From an uncultured virus (IMG/VR IMGVR_UViG_3300031884_000004) (lineage: Duplodnaviria > Heunggongvirae > Uroviricota > Caudoviricetes), in IMG/VR virus record IMGVR_UViG_3300031884_000004: DNA of 61,305 bases; one strand, 5' to 3'. Numbering within the stretch: the first letter of the stretch is position 1; the number at the start of each line of letters is the position of its first letter. Shown here piece after piece: positions 23,406-33,772 of the stretch. Under the pieces are notes generated by a model. It saw nothing but the letters and a program-made list of their open reading frames with translations, had not been told where the DNA came from and did not search any database. The position numbers and the translations under genes are program-made.

Positions 23406-26400
23406 TTATGCATTATTTGTTGGTCCCGTAATACCATCAAGTGAATTGTTCAGAGACGCAATGTTATTTGCAGTCGAGAGTTGCAATGCTTTGATTGCGG
23501 TAGCTGTTTGAGTTATAGGAGTAGTAGATACTGTTACAGGTGTTGTTTGTGCTAGATTAATTAATGACGTGCCAGCCCCTGTAATTGTAGATACTATGCC
23601 CTGAACTGTGCTTTTCAGTCCTGCAGTAGAAAGAGGAATTCCTGTGTTGATAGTAGAAGGTGGGTTAGGAAGACCAGTAGGTGCAGAAGCGGTGTTGCTT
23701 GTTTGGTCAGACACCGCTGCTGCTGTTCCATCACCCTCTTGTAGCAACGCCAAATATGTTGGATCATTAATTACACTATTCCACTGAGCAAGCAGAACCG
23801 CTAATTGTGGATCGCCGGCCGGAAGGGTTTGTCGAGCAGACTCGTATGCCTTTCTCGCAGCCTCTGCTTTTTTATTGTACGCATCCAATTGATCAATTAC
23901 GTCATATAACTTATTTCCTTGATCAACGAGTGACTGTGCGTCATTTACTGCACTACTAGGAATTCCACCAACTAAATTTGGCATCGGTATGCCAGGATCA
24001 CCTAATACGTTAGTAATTTGTGAGGTTATACTTGTTCTGTCTGTGGTGTTGAAACCTATAACAGGCAACTTGATGCCGCTTGGTCCTGACGACAACGCAG
24101 CGATTGCCGATTGTAGGTCCGCTGCTGCACCAACTGATAGCCCTGAAGATGCTAAGCTGGTTAAACTGTTTAGACTATTAGGTAAACTAATAGGAGAAAG
24201 ATTTAATCCTCCCATCACACTTGCCGTAGCAGCATTGATTGCACCAGTCAACTGTCCTACACCCGGAATTGCATTTACTGCATTTTTAGCATTATTGAAT
24301 ACCGATGACACTGCACTTATTCCTCCAGGTAAATTGCTTAACCCGCTAGCTATAGTAGATGAGGTCGATGCTGCTGAACCTTGCTGAACAATCGAGGCTG
24401 CTGTAGATAGTCCGCCTATGCCTCCGCTAGCTATAGTTGCTCCGGCGCCCGCAATTGCGCTTACTGAGTTTACGGCCGTTTGCACTCCGCTTGAAGTAGG
24501 ATTAAGAGGATTGCTAGTAACTGAAGATAGTGTAACTGTAGCCGTCGTACTAGATACACCGGTTACGCCGCCGATAGTAGTTGTGACAGAACCATATGAA
24601 CTAGTTGCAGCGTTAACGATATTTGTGGCTTTGCTTGCGAGAGTAGATACGGCCGCGATAGAACCAGTTATTCCGCCCACTGAATTGTTGATAGAGCCTA
24701 CTGCTCCGTTGACTGAACCTGCAATTTTAGTCAATGACGTTAGTGCGCCGGCCGCGCCTGCAAGCGATCCAGTCAACGTAGTAAAGTTTGCACTAATACC
24801 GTTTGAGCCAAAGATGCTAGAGGCATCCGAACTTACCGTAGTGCTTAGTTGACCAGTTTGCTCTGACAATCCAGCAGCAGTAGCAGCATTATCTTTTGCA
24901 ATTTGTGTGAGATTCTGTGGGACATTTGGTTTAAGAGGTTTAAATGAATTCTTGATCGCATCGAACGCTGAACCTGCAATACCTTTAGCTTGGTCTATTA
25001 AACCAGCCAAGGATGGAATTTTACCCATCGCAGTTAATGCATTTGAAATGCCGCCCAATCCACCTAAGGAAGTAGCCAAACCTGCTGCTGCTATACCAGA
25101 TCCAATAGACTGTAGTGCTCCCGTAATGTTGCCCAATGCTGCGCCTGCTACACCGCTCACTTGTTTTACAGCATCAGTTGTGGCCTCTACTCCGTTCGTT
25201 GTCGCGGACTGGACTAAACCAGCAACCGTTGCCGGAGATTCTGCTCCGGTTAGAACGCCGGCTGCTCCTAATGCAGTTTGTGACTTTTGCATGTTGGTAA
25301 TTACGGTATTTGTTTGTGCAGTAATATTTTGGGTTAGGTTTGTTAAATCTTTTGCTCCAGGTGCACCAGTAAAGAGAGAAGACGGCATCGCATTCGTCAA
25401 ATCAACACCGTTCTTAACTAGCCCATTTACAAGGGTATCTGCTCCGGGTTTAAGTACACCAGCACTAGCCAATGACGAAGGCGTGAGTGCAAATGAACCA
25501 ATTGCTCCTACTTTTCCGGTTGCAGTTTCTACAACGGCAGCGCCCTGCTTTGTCGCTGCTGCTAGCGGCCCGGTAGCTGCTGCTGTAGCTGTTGCACCAA
25601 GCATTGCATTGGTAGTACCTTTATCCAGTGCAGTTGAGATGTTAGGTGCGTTTGTAGGCGCTGACGCTACTGTTGCTACCGCAGGAGGCGTGGCGCCGGT
25701 CGCTGCGCCAGCAGAGCTTGCGGCTGTTGCAGCCGGAGTTGGTGCTGCGGGAAGATTATCTGAAGCGCTAAGGCTGGTTTTCACATCTACACCTTGACCT
25801 GCATTAGCCCATGGCGCATGTGCTGGTGCCCTTGAGGCAATCGTAAGTAGTTTACCGGGTGCAGCAAGGAATCCTTTTTCTTCATCGTATAAGGTGTCAG
25901 TTTGTGCATTTAGTGGAATATTGTCCACTGCCTCAGGTGTCGTGCTTGATTTTCCTGAATTAAGGTTTACTTTGGTGCCGTTAACGTATGCCTGACCTGA
26001 TGCTGCTAACGAAGCGTCGCCGCCCGCAGCAAATGCAATGGCGCCGGCTGCTAATCCAGTTATGTCACCGGTCGCAGAAGTTTTAAAGTCGCCGCCCGAA
26101 CGCATCATAGTGTCGTCTTCAGAATTGGTATGAATTTGTTTTGCTTGGATATTTAAATTTTCCATTGCATGAATGTTAACGTCACGATCCGCATGTAAGT
26201 TCAGGTCACCTTGTGTTCGAATGTTCACTGAATTGGTTGAGTACATGTCAATGGTACCCTCTTTTCCTAATTCAATATACGATTGACCATTAGAGTGCAG
26301 AATCATTAATGTCTGACCGTCGTCGCTCATAAGAATCTGATGACCCAAAGCTGTTCGAATTCGAACTAGCTGGTCGCGGCCGATAATGTCGCCGTCGTCC

Positions 26401-27197
26401 ATAACAATTGAGTGGCCGCCTCTGCGTGCTACAACCTGAAGTCCTTGCGGATTATCTTGTTGCAATGATGCAGGTAGTGTAGTATCATCGTATCCACCTG
26501 TATATATGGGTCTGCCCGGAGTAGATACTCCCCAACCAACACGAGATACAGTCTCGCGTGATGCAGAGGATGATATAGGTCCGCGAATAGGGTCACGAAT
26601 TATACCCTGTTGATTCATGATTGCTGCGGTATAGCTGTGAACCGGCCGGGCAGTATTTAAAAATTCTGCACTATCTGACTTCTTCTTGTCGTTAGTGTTC
26701 ATATTAGTTACAGGAAGACGAGTTGCGCCTCCATAACTGTTTGCTTCACCCTCGTTAGTGAGAATATTATCTGATGATCCGATTGCAGGAACCATCTGTA
26801 ATGATTCTGCTTCCGGAATAGCACCGATGTAGTACCCGTAGTTTTTATCACCATTAACAAATATGCAGATTACCTGAGTACCGATGTCAGGCGGAGCTTG
26901 CCATTGTCCGTATGAGCTAGAATTAGATTTGTAAGTACCGTAACCGTCACTATTCGCAGTTGCTTGCACCTTACCAAAAAAGCTACTTAGATAGCTTACA
27001 GTAATCCAATTTGTAGAGTCTTCTGGTTTGCTGGAGCTGTTAGGTTGTACCAAAGATACTCTAATACGACCAGATCGTGTCGGGTCAACATTATCTCTAA
27101 CTACGCCTATTAGTGGTACAGTTTGTACACCAGACCCACCTTTACCAGGTTTGTCTGCTGCTATCTGACCTCTTGGTTTAAATGTATCAATTGGCAT
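23406..27197 (-). CDS. gp5: baseplate central spike, gp5/VgrG-like, with long Ala/Gly/Ser/Thr-rich C-terminal region
   Basis: OB-fold start GVVRDNVDPTRSGRIRV...PPDIGTQVICIF; GHSIVMDD...RIRTALGHQILMSD; beta-helix VNIRTQGDLNLHADRDVNIHA. Confidence 0.75.
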   Translation of the reverse strand: MPIDTFKPRGQIAADKPGKGGSGVQTVPLIGVVRDNVDPTRSGRIRVSLVQPNSSSKPEDSTNWITVSYLSSFFGKVQATANSDGYGTYKSNSSSYGQWQAPPDIGTQVICIFVNGDKNYGYYIGAIPEAESLQMVPAIGSSDNILTNEGEANSYGGATRLPVTNMNTNDKKKSDSAEFLNTARPVHSYTAAIMNQQGIIRDPIRGPISSSASRETVSRVGWGVSTPGRPIYTGGYDDTTLPASLQQDNPQGLQVVARRGGHSIVMDDGDIIGRDQLVRIRTALGHQILMSDDGQTLMILHSNGQSYIELGKEGTIDMYSTNSVNIRTQGDLNLHADRDVNIHAMENLNIQAKQIHTNSEDDTMMRSGGDFKTSATGDITGLAAGAIAFAAGGDASLAASGQAYVNGTKVNLNSGKSSTTPEAVDNIPLNAQTDTLYDEEKGFLAAPGKLLTIASRAPAHAPWANAGQGVDVKTSLSASDNLPAAPTPAATAASSAGAATGATPPAVATVASAPTNAPNISTALDKGTTNAMLGATATAAATGPLAAATKQGAAVVETATGKVGAIGSFALTPSSLASAGVLKPGADTLVNGLVKNGVDLTNAMPSSLFTGAPGAKDLTNLTQNITAQTNTVITNMQKSQTALGAAGVLTGAESPATVAGLVQSATTNGVEATTDAVKQVSGVAGAALGNITGALQSIGSGIAAAGLATSLGGLGGISNALTAMGKIPSLAGLIDQAKGIAGSAFDAIKNSFKPLKPNVPQNLTQIAKDNAATAAGLSEQTGQLSTTVSSDASSIFGSNGISANFTTLTGSLAGAAGALTSLTKIAGSVNGAVGSINNSVGGITGSIAAVSTLASKATNIVNAATSSYGSVTTTIGGVTGVSSTTATVTLSSVTSNPLNPTSSGVQTAVNSVSAIAGAGATIASGGIGGLSTAASIVQQGSAASTSSTIASGLSNLPGGISAVSSVFNNAKNAVNAIPGVGQLTGAINAATASVMGGLNLSPISLPNSLNSLTSLASSGLSVGAAADLQSAIAALSSGPSGIKLPVIGFNTTDRTSITSQITNVLGDPGIPMPNLVGGIPSSAVNDAQSLVDQGNKLYDVIDQLDAYNKKAEAARKAYESARQTLPAGDPQLAVLLAQWNSVINDPTYLALLQEGDGTAAAVSDQTSNTASAPTGLPNPPSTINTGIPLSTAGLKSTVQGIVSTITGAGTSLINLAQTTPVTVSTTPITQTATAIKALQLSTANNIASLNNSLDGITGPTNNA

Positions 27198-27212
27198 ACT
27201 GGTTTCTCGTTA

Positions 27213-29876
27213 TTAAGTTGTAGCTTCGGCTGGTTTTTGTTGTGCTGGTTGAGGTTGGCTTACTGTGCCGTTTTGGGCATCAGTTTGCGGAGCAGGCTTT
27301 AATCCAGTAGTAGGCGCTTGTTTGCTCGCATTAGTCGGTGATGGACCTGGATTTGAAGACTGTGATGCAGATGACGCTGCGTTAGAATCTACTGGAACCC
27401 CGTTGAACGGATTCACTGTCATCTCAAATGATTGAGTAAATTTTCCGCCAGAAAAAGTATTTTTTACTGTGTTTACTTGGTAACTAACCCCTTGAACTAA
27501 AGGATTTCCGTTAGCATCTTTGAGAATATTCACCGAATTCGGATATGTTTGAAAATATACTTTGTCATTTAGATTCATTAGTCCAGTCCCGTTACTAGTA
27601 GTATCATAATCTATCGCTTCATTGAAATTTATTTCAACAAACACCTGACCACCATTGGGTGCAATACTATATCCATTCGGAGAATAGTGTGTATTAAAAT
27701 GATTGTCTTGATTAGCCGTATCTTGTATTAGGAAATCTGGATCACCCAAAACAGATACGTGAACGTCTGAATAGGCTACTGGATTGTATAAACTGTCTTT
27801 GTAGCTAGCTACTGCTTCTGCTCCGTTACCTTGAGTGTTGGTGCTGGATTGGGGCGTGCTTTGCGCGGGAGCAGTAGTAGCAGTATTAGGTGCACCCTTT
27901 AAAGGGTCTGGGCCAGGTTGATTTAGTGCAGCCAAAAAATATCCATTATTAATAGTATGTGAATATTCTGTAATCTCTGAATTTTTTCCTGTATACCAAT
28001 ACTGATATCTTTTATAAGGACCATAATATGGTTGAGTTGTACTAATAGCTGGACTGTTAACGAGAGGTGTTTGATATTCCCGGATAACATATACTATATC
28101 AAATATCCAATCATGAATAATATTATCCCATCTAGGATTTTCTACCCGGACACTACAGTTATACCAAACCGGATAAGTAGGGTTAGGGTTTGGTATAACT
28201 GTATTATCCCCGTTAGTTGAGTTGGTCGTATTAGAAGACAATGCGTCTGTTACATAAGTACTGGATGTTATTGTTTGGTCTATGCACTGTAAAATAGGCT
28301 GGGAAGCAAAAGTAATAGTCTTTATGTTGGGATTGTAAACTCCGGTAACCTCAGCCTTAGGATTAGATTGTGCGCTATTTGTTGCACCAGACATCGCTGC
28401 TTTTGCTTTGTTATTATCGGCTGGATTAATCATAGAAGCATTCGCAACAGTGGTTGCTGCGTTACCTTGATATTCAAATGTGTAGGCTATAGGATATTGT
28501 TGTGATGGTTTTTGACCATTACTGGTATTAGTTAGTTGTTGCTGTTTTGCGTTCAACTGACTAGCAAGGTCGCTCAAAACTTCACCAACGGTCGAACCTT
28601 TACATGTAAAATTGGGACTACCGTTTAGGTATCCGTATTTTGTACCGAATCCGGTAGAGCTTGCTAGGTAAGTTGCTTCTATGTCATACGTAGTGGTGCC
28701 TGCACCAAGCTTAAACCCGAATGTGTTTATATTAATATCATAATAAGTTTCAAAAAGGGCGCCGACGCCGCCAGCATTAGGATCTAGTGGAATACCATTA
28801 AATATTTCTTTGCCAGTTGCTAGTGTTCCATCTGGTAGATATCCAAAAAATCTAATACCCAAAATAAAAAGACTTTTTGTCGGATTGTCAGGTATATTAA
28901 TGGCCGAACTGTAGTTGTTTATAACAGTTTGTGCTGTTTTTATTTTATCAATAAGCGAGAAACCATATGGTTCTGTAATAGTAAATTTTATATCAGAGTT
29001 TACCGCGGCGGCGCCAGACCCATTAGTAGACACTACATGATCAAAGGATAGATTGTCAATACCATAATCAAAATCAATTCCGGGGGCGCGATTGGCAGGA
29101 TTACCGCTTCCCCCGCTCTGTGCTATTAGGTAGGCGCCGCCGATTATCGGTTGACCCGTATTGGAATTTATAAATGTATTTGTTTGCGCGGCGGTGTTTA
29201 TAGAAGGGCTGTTCGCCAGTGACTGAGGAATCACATTTATACTTTGTTTTCCGCTCGCTAAAAATGCACTGTATGCATCAGGTGTTATCATATATAAACT
29301 TAATTGATATGTATAACTAGAAAGCTGACTTAATGGATTGTACAGGCGTTTTCCAGGTAGGTCTCCGTTGGGTGGCGTCGGCGCTGCTGCTGCCGCAGCA
29401 GACACGCTTGCGGGAGTTGGATTTGTTACTGATCCGGACGGATTTGCCGGTGACGAAGGAGGTGCACCAGATGATCCTGCAGGATTTGACTGCGTGTTAC
29501 CGCTATCATCATCTGATATCGGAGGAAGAGGTTTATCATTTGTCGCTGTTGGGGTTAGTGCGGCGGAGTTATCTGTAGGCGTAGGTTCTGGTGGTGTAGG
29601 TTTATATTGAGCCATGGCCTGTGCGTCTATTGAGGGGGATTGCATAACAAGATTCATATTCAATGCTGATAGACTAGAAGCCAATGCACTATTACCGGCA
29701 TCTATTGCTTCATTCGCCAAACTCCTCACGCCCGACATGGCCGCTTGCGCATTCCCTGCACTTAATAAAAGAGACCCGTTTGGATTATTAATAACATAGG
29801 AAACCCTTTGATACTCAGGATTATATTGAGCGATAACAGTATACCCATTAATAGTAGTTGTCACACTATCGACCAT
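27213..29876 (-). CDS. virion structural protein, probable baseplate hub (gp27/GpD-like)
   Basis: Lies between gp53 and gp5. NPLSQLSSYTYQLSLY, FTITEPYGFSL, VLGDPDFL and YQVNTVKNTFSGGKFTQ are hub-like motifs. Pro-rich N-terminal extension. Confidence 0.55.
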   Translation of the reverse strand: MVDSVTTTINGYTVIAQYNPEYQRVSYVINNPNGSLLLSAGNAQAAMSGVRSLANEAIDAGNSALASSLSALNMNLVMQSPSIDAQAMAQYKPTPPEPTPTDNSAALTPTATNDKPLPPISDDDSGNTQSNPAGSSGAPPSSPANPSGSVTNPTPASVSAAAAAAPTPPNGDLPGKRLYNPLSQLSSYTYQLSLYMITPDAYSAFLASGKQSINVIPQSLANSPSINTAAQTNTFINSNTGQPIIGGAYLIAQSGGSGNPANRAPGIDFDYGIDNLSFDHVVSTNGSGAAAVNSDIKFTITEPYGFSLIDKIKTAQTVINNYSSAINIPDNPTKSLFILGIRFFGYLPDGTLATGKEIFNGIPLDPNAGGVGALFETYYDININTFGFKLGAGTTTYDIEATYLASSTGFGTKYGYLNGSPNFTCKGSTVGEVLSDLASQLNAKQQQLTNTSNGQKPSQQYPIAYTFEYQGNAATTVANASMINPADNNKAKAAMSGATNSAQSNPKAEVTGVYNPNIKTITFASQPILQCIDQTITSSTYVTDALSSNTTNSTNGDNTVIPNPNPTYPVWYNCSVRVENPRWDNIIHDWIFDIVYVIREYQTPLVNSPAISTTQPYYGPYKRYQYWYTGKNSEITEYSHTINNGYFLAALNQPGPDPLKGAPNTATTAPAQSTPQSSTNTQGNGAEAVASYKDSLYNPVAYSDVHVSVLGDPDFLIQDTANQDNHFNTHYSPNGYSIAPNGGQVFVEINFNEAIDYDTTSNGTGLMNLNDKVYFQTYPNSVNILKDANGNPLVQGVSYQVNTVKNTFSGGKFTQSFEMTVNPFNGVPVDSNAASSASQSSNPGPSPTNASKQAPTTGLKPAPQTDAQNGTVSQPQPAQQKPAEATT

Positions 29877-29877
29877 A

Positions 29878-30204
29878 TTAGATTCCCAGTACCGTCTTTA
29901 GAGTAGACAATGTTGGTACATAGATCCCAGTACCTGCCGTAAAGTTGAAGTACGGGTCCGGGCCGAGTAAATTAGGATTTCTAACTGCAAACACCCACCA
30001 AAGGCTTGCATTTTGATACAAGTCAAACGCTAATAAGTCGGGTCTATATTCGTACACTGCTGTAATTTGCATATAAACATCTGTAGGATTCATAGGAAGT
30101 GGTCTATATGCAAGAACATCCAAATAATTGTTATTCACTATATTTGTATTAAAATACGGACTCGATGCCGAATACAATCTTTGATTTTGCGTCGATGCGG
30201 CCAT
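29878..30204 (-). CDS. gp53: baseplate wedge protein, gp53/LysM-like
   Basis: YEYRPDLLAFDLYQNASLWWVFAVRN...IYVP. ATG at 30204 overlaps the upstream stop (TAATG). Confidence 0.75.
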   Translation of the reverse strand: MAASTQNQRLYSASSPYFNTNIVNNNYLDVLAYRPLPMNPTDVYMQITAVYEYRPDLLAFDLYQNASLWWVFAVRNPNLLGPDPYFNFTAGTGIYVPTLSTLKTVLGI

Positions 30205-31673
30205 TACCAAAATCCTCCATTTGAATTATTTGTTCCGTCATATATTTTACCAGACGCATAATCAGCAAGGCTGAAAATATTAGACACTTGGTTTCTACTG
30301 ACAATCGGAACACAGCTTACTGACAACTGAATCTTTGACGGTACCCAAGTCACTGTACTAGCTGATGTGGGTGTAGAGAATTGTGGTGGTGGGGTGGCTC
30401 CGCCCGGAGAAACTCCAGTAGTTGACAACCTAGCCGATGTAGGGCTTGACTTTAAATTAGTATTATTAGTAGGGGATGCCGGACGTGTTCCGGGTACAGA
30501 AGGTGCTGTAGTTTTAATATAGTCTACATCAGCTGGAAGAGCATAGTTAAATCCAGTAATAGCTAACGGATGATTTGAAAATTGGTAACTTCCCATACCG
30601 TATATAAAGCATAACGGAGGAGGAGTACCTGCTTTAGGGTTTTGATCTTGTCCATAAAACATTTTAGTCATCGATCTAAAGAAATGTATTACAGCCAGTA
30701 CATAGTTAGCTTCAGCAACATCCTGACAAGTAAATTCGCAGGTGAGTGTGATCGAATCAACTGAACTGCTAGTATACTGGAACATTTTATAGTTGGTGTG
30801 TACTAAGCTAGCCGCATCATAGCTAGCCGCATAATTTACCGAAATAGCAGGAGTATATGGAAATATAACACCATCAGTATCCACCAGTGGTGCTAAAATA
30901 CCAGGATCTGAGCTTGTTTTATACAGATATGTTGCTCCCGGAGCCAATGCAAGTCTTACTCGCCAGTCACCTTGGCCTGCGGCATTTGCAGCAATTGACT
31001 GTGTTGCCTGTGACTGTGTATTTGCGACCAAACCTTGCAATCCTTTAGAACTGCCTTGAGCAGAAGGATCAGTAGAAAAGTCTGCCGGAAGAACAGCCGG
31101 CTGATTTGGTGGAATTGATGGTCCATCCGTGATTACAGGTGGTGTATCTACAATAGTATTCTGTACTGAACTTACTACAGGTTGGTCAATTATTGGTGGT
31201 TGCGGAACTATAGTTACTTGCGGTTGATTTACTATCGGTTCATCAATTATTGGTGGTTGCGGAACTATAGTTACTGAACCTGGAGCAGGGGAACCGTTAA
31301 CCACTACTTCTGAAACAGGTGTGGGTGCATCTGCAATTGAACCTTGAGGTGCAGTGGCTGCGGCTGTTTCGGCCGTTACGGTCTGTGTTGTAGCCGGATC
31401 TGATGAAGGTTGCGTTGTGGTTGCACTAGATGATAGCTGTTGCTGCACTTCGGTAATTGCCTGACTCAATCCGGCGGTTGCAGTGGCGCCTTCTGCTGCC
31501 GATATTTTTCCGGTGTTGACCGCATTAGTAATTTCGTCTTGAAACTGTGTAGGGTTTCTCGTGCTAAGGTCACTGTCTCCGATAGTTAAAGTATACCAGA
31601 TAGGTGCGGTGCCGGGCCCTTCTGGGGTAATCGCCTCAATTTTAACATTAGGACTAAGTTGTACGGTTGCCAT
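30204..31673 (-). CDS. baseplate/tail-tube initiator-like protein (gp48/gp54-like) with Pro/Thr-rich N-terminus
   Basis: DWRVRL...GVIFPYTPAISVNYAASY...HFFRSMTKMFYG...GTPPPLC tube-fold motifs. Start reassigned to ATG 31673, downstream of the late promoter at 31715-31722. Confidence 0.6.
   Translation of the reverse strand: MATVQLSPNVKIEAITPEGPGTAPIWYTLTIGDSDLSTRNPTQFQDEITNAVNTGKISAAEGATATAGLSQAITEVQQQLSSSATTTQPSSDPATTQTVTAETAAATAPQGSIADAPTPVSEVVVNGSPAPGSVTIVPQPPIIDEPIVNQPQVTIVPQPPIIDQPVVSSVQNTIVDTPPVITDGPSIPPNQPAVLPADFSTDPSAQGSSKGLQGLVANTQSQATQSIAANAAGQGDWRVRLALAPGATYLYKTSSDPGILAPLVDTDGVIFPYTPAISVNYAASYDAASLVHTNYKMFQYTSSSVDSITLTCEFTCQDVAEANYVLAVIHFFRSMTKMFYGQDQNPKAGTPPPLCFIYGMGSYQFSNHPLAITGFNYALPADVDYIKTTAPSVPGTRPASPTNNTNLKSSPTSARLSTTGVSPGGATPPPQFSTPTSASTVTWVPSKIQLSVSCVPIVSRNQVSNIFSLADYASGKIYDGTNNSNGGFW
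31186..31275. repeat. 33-bp exact direct repeat inside CDS (VTIVPQPPIID x2)
   Basis: tcaattattggtggttgcggaactatagttact at 31186-31218 and 31243-31275. Confidence 0.9.
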
Positions 31674-31756
31674 GTAACAGAGATTCCTATGATAAATATA
31701 CAATACTCTGATTGTATTTATCGTTTCAAAAAATCGTCAAATTTACCCGTATACTG

Positions 31757-31785
31757 TTGCAATACTGCAACAGTAATAGTATAAT
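31757..31785 (+). promoter_or_regulatory. sigma70-type promoter for gp55
   Basis: TTGCAA-N17-TATAAT, followed by the SD-like GAGGA and GTG start at 31810. Confidence 0.75.
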
Positions 31786-31809
31786 ACCCTATAGTAAAGA
31801 GGATTACCA

Positions 31810-32706
31810 GTGGGATTAAAACCAAAGAAACCAATAAATTATCTAAACAACAAGGATATGCTTAAAGAGATTCATACGAGCAAAACTACCTATTGTTACT
31901 TCACTCAACCCGAATATCATCGATATGATCTTATCATTGATTTGGATCTAACGACCGAGCTAGCTAAGTGTCTCGAATATACTGCCCAACCAGAACAAAT
32001 TCAACTAGCCAAAGAAGCCAGAGCAGCCAGACTATCACAAGAAACTGGCGAAAAACTGAACCCTGAAGATATCCCAACACAAGATTTGATCTTTCGAATA
32101 ATGACATGGGATCACATTCCAGTTGCGCAAAAGCAACCAAGAAAGTCAGCAAAAAAGAAGACTGCTAAAGACATTCTCATCTTCGATGACGATGACGACT
32201 TAGATTTTTCTGATTTAGAAGACAAGACAACCAAAGATGATGTGGATGACATGGTTCATGTCAAAGTAAATTTTCCACCGTTCCAACATTTCAAACTAGA
32301 TGAAACTAATACGTTTAGATGTGTAGGAAAGTCACATTGGATTAATGGCATAGAAAACGGCGAGTTTTCTAAGGATCACGGCAAAATCACTAATAAGTTG
32401 GCTCGAATGTATATGATGCTTTGTGAGAAGTATGCCATGAAGTACAATTGGCGCGGCTATACTTATAATGATGAGATGCGCGGATCGGCTATTCTTCAGC
32501 TAACTTACGTTGGACTTCGATTTAACGAAGCCAAATCTGCTAATCCGTTTGCATACTATACAGCAGCCATTACTAATAGCTTCTGTAGAGTACTTAATAT
32601 CGAAAAACGCAACCAGAATATCAGAGATGATATATTGGAAATTAACGGGTTAACTCCGTCATTCTCTCGTCAAATGAAGGATATGAAAATACAGGCTCCT
32701 GAATAA
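31810..32706 (+). CDS. gp55: late transcription sigma factor, T4 gp55-like
   Basis: NYLNNKDML N-terminus; NWRGYTYNDEM...RFNEAKSANPFAYYT...NSFCRVLNIEKRNQ; adjacent to gp47/gp46. Confidence 0.85.
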   Translation: MGLKPKKPINYLNNKDMLKEIHTSKTTYCYFTQPEYHRYDLIIDLDLTTELAKCLEYTAQPEQIQLAKEARAARLSQETGEKLNPEDIPTQDLIFRIMTWDHIPVAQKQPRKSAKKKTAKDILIFDDDDDLDFSDLEDKTTKDDVDDMVHVKVNFPPFQHFKLDETNTFRCVGKSHWINGIENGEFSKDHGKITNKLARMYMMLCEKYAMKYNWRGYTYNDEMRGSAILQLTYVGLRFNEAKSANPFAYYTAAITNSFCRVLNIEKRNQNIRDDILEINGLTPSFSRQMKDMKIQAPE

Positions 32707-32720
32707 GGTAACCTATTTCA

Positions 32721-32749
32721 TTGATATTGTATTCATTAAGTAGTATAAC
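32721..32749 (+). promoter_or_regulatory. sigma70-type promoter for gp47-gp46
   Basis: TTGATA-N17-TATAAC; shares TAGTATAA with the gp55 promoter. Confidence 0.6.
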
Positions 32750-32755
32750 TTAACT

Positions 32756-33772
32756 ATGGCAAATCTATTCAAAAAAGCTGCGGTATTTACAGACCTGCAC
32801 TTCGGAGCTAAAAGCAATAGTTTACAGCACAACCAAGACTGTACTGATTTCGTTGATTGGTTCATTACTAAAGCTAAGACAGAGAACTGTGAGACTTGTT
32901 TCTTTTTAGGTGATTACAATCACCATAGAGCAAGCATCAACATGCATACTATGCAATTTGGACTGCGGGCATTAGAGAAGTTAAGCGCAGCGTTTGACGT
33001 TGTTTACTTTATTCCCGGCAATCATGATTTATATTATCGTGATCGTCGGGATATTCACTCAGTTGAATGGGCAAAACATTTACACAATGTAGTCATAGTA
33101 AATGATTGGTTCAAGCAAGATGATGTAGTCATAGCTCCGTGGTTAGTTGGTGATGATTATAAGAAACTACCTAAGCTTAGCGGCAAGTATCTTTTCTCGC
33201 ACATGGAGCTTCCTCATTTTTATATGAATGCAATGATCGAGATGCCGGATCATGGTGAACTAAACGAAGAACATGTTGCTGGATTTGAGAAGGTTTATTC
33301 TGGTCATTTTCATAAGCGACAGTCTAGGAAGAACATTTGGTATATGGGTAATGCTTTCCCTCACAACTACGCAGATGCAGGTGATGATGCTCGCGGTATG
33401 ATGGTTCTTGAGTGGGGCAAAGATCCAGAATTCTATTCTTGGCCAAAGCAACCTTTATTTAGGGTATACAAGTTGAGTCAAGTATTAGAGAACCCAACCG
33501 GCTTGCTTTTACCTAAATCTAATGTTAGAGTACATCTTGACATTGACATTTCATACGAAGAAGCAAACTTTATTCGAGAGACGCTTATACCAGCACACAG
33601 TCTTCGTGAAATGGCATTGATTCCGATCAAGCAAGATCAGCACTCACAGGATTTGGCGCCTGGCGAAATCAAGTTTGAAAGTGTTGATCAAATCGTTGTA
33701 GACCAAATCACTAATATCGAGAGTGATTTCTATGACGCAAAACTATTACTAGAGATTTATCGTAACCTATGA
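32756..33772 (+). CDS. gp47: recombination endonuclease subunit (Mre11/SbcD-like)
   Basis: Metallophosphoesterase motifs TDLHFG, LGD, PGNHD, SGHFH. Confidence 0.92.
   Translation: MANLFKKAAVFTDLHFGAKSNSLQHNQDCTDFVDWFITKAKTENCETCFFLGDYNHHRASINMHTMQFGLRALEKLSAAFDVVYFIPGNHDLYYRDRRDIHSVEWAKHLHNVVIVNDWFKQDDVVIAPWLVGDDYKKLPKLSGKYLFSHMELPHFYMNAMIEMPDHGELNEEHVAGFEKVYSGHFHKRQSRKNIWYMGNAFPHNYADAGDDARGMMVLEWGKDPEFYSWPKQPLFRVYKLSQVLENPTGLLLPKSNVRVHLDIDISYEEANFIRETLIPAHSLREMALIPIKQDQHSQDLAPGEIKFESVDQIVVDQITNIESDFYDAKLLLEIYRNL

Noticed and set aside
23989..25797. Plus-strand ORFs of 132-296 aa
   Set aside because: Antisense shadows of the Ala/Gly-rich gp5-like gene, with no start signals.
31752..31775. 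E. coli-type LexA SOS box
   Set aside because: Spacing is CTGT-N12-ACAG rather than N8; kept only as an unassigned operator.
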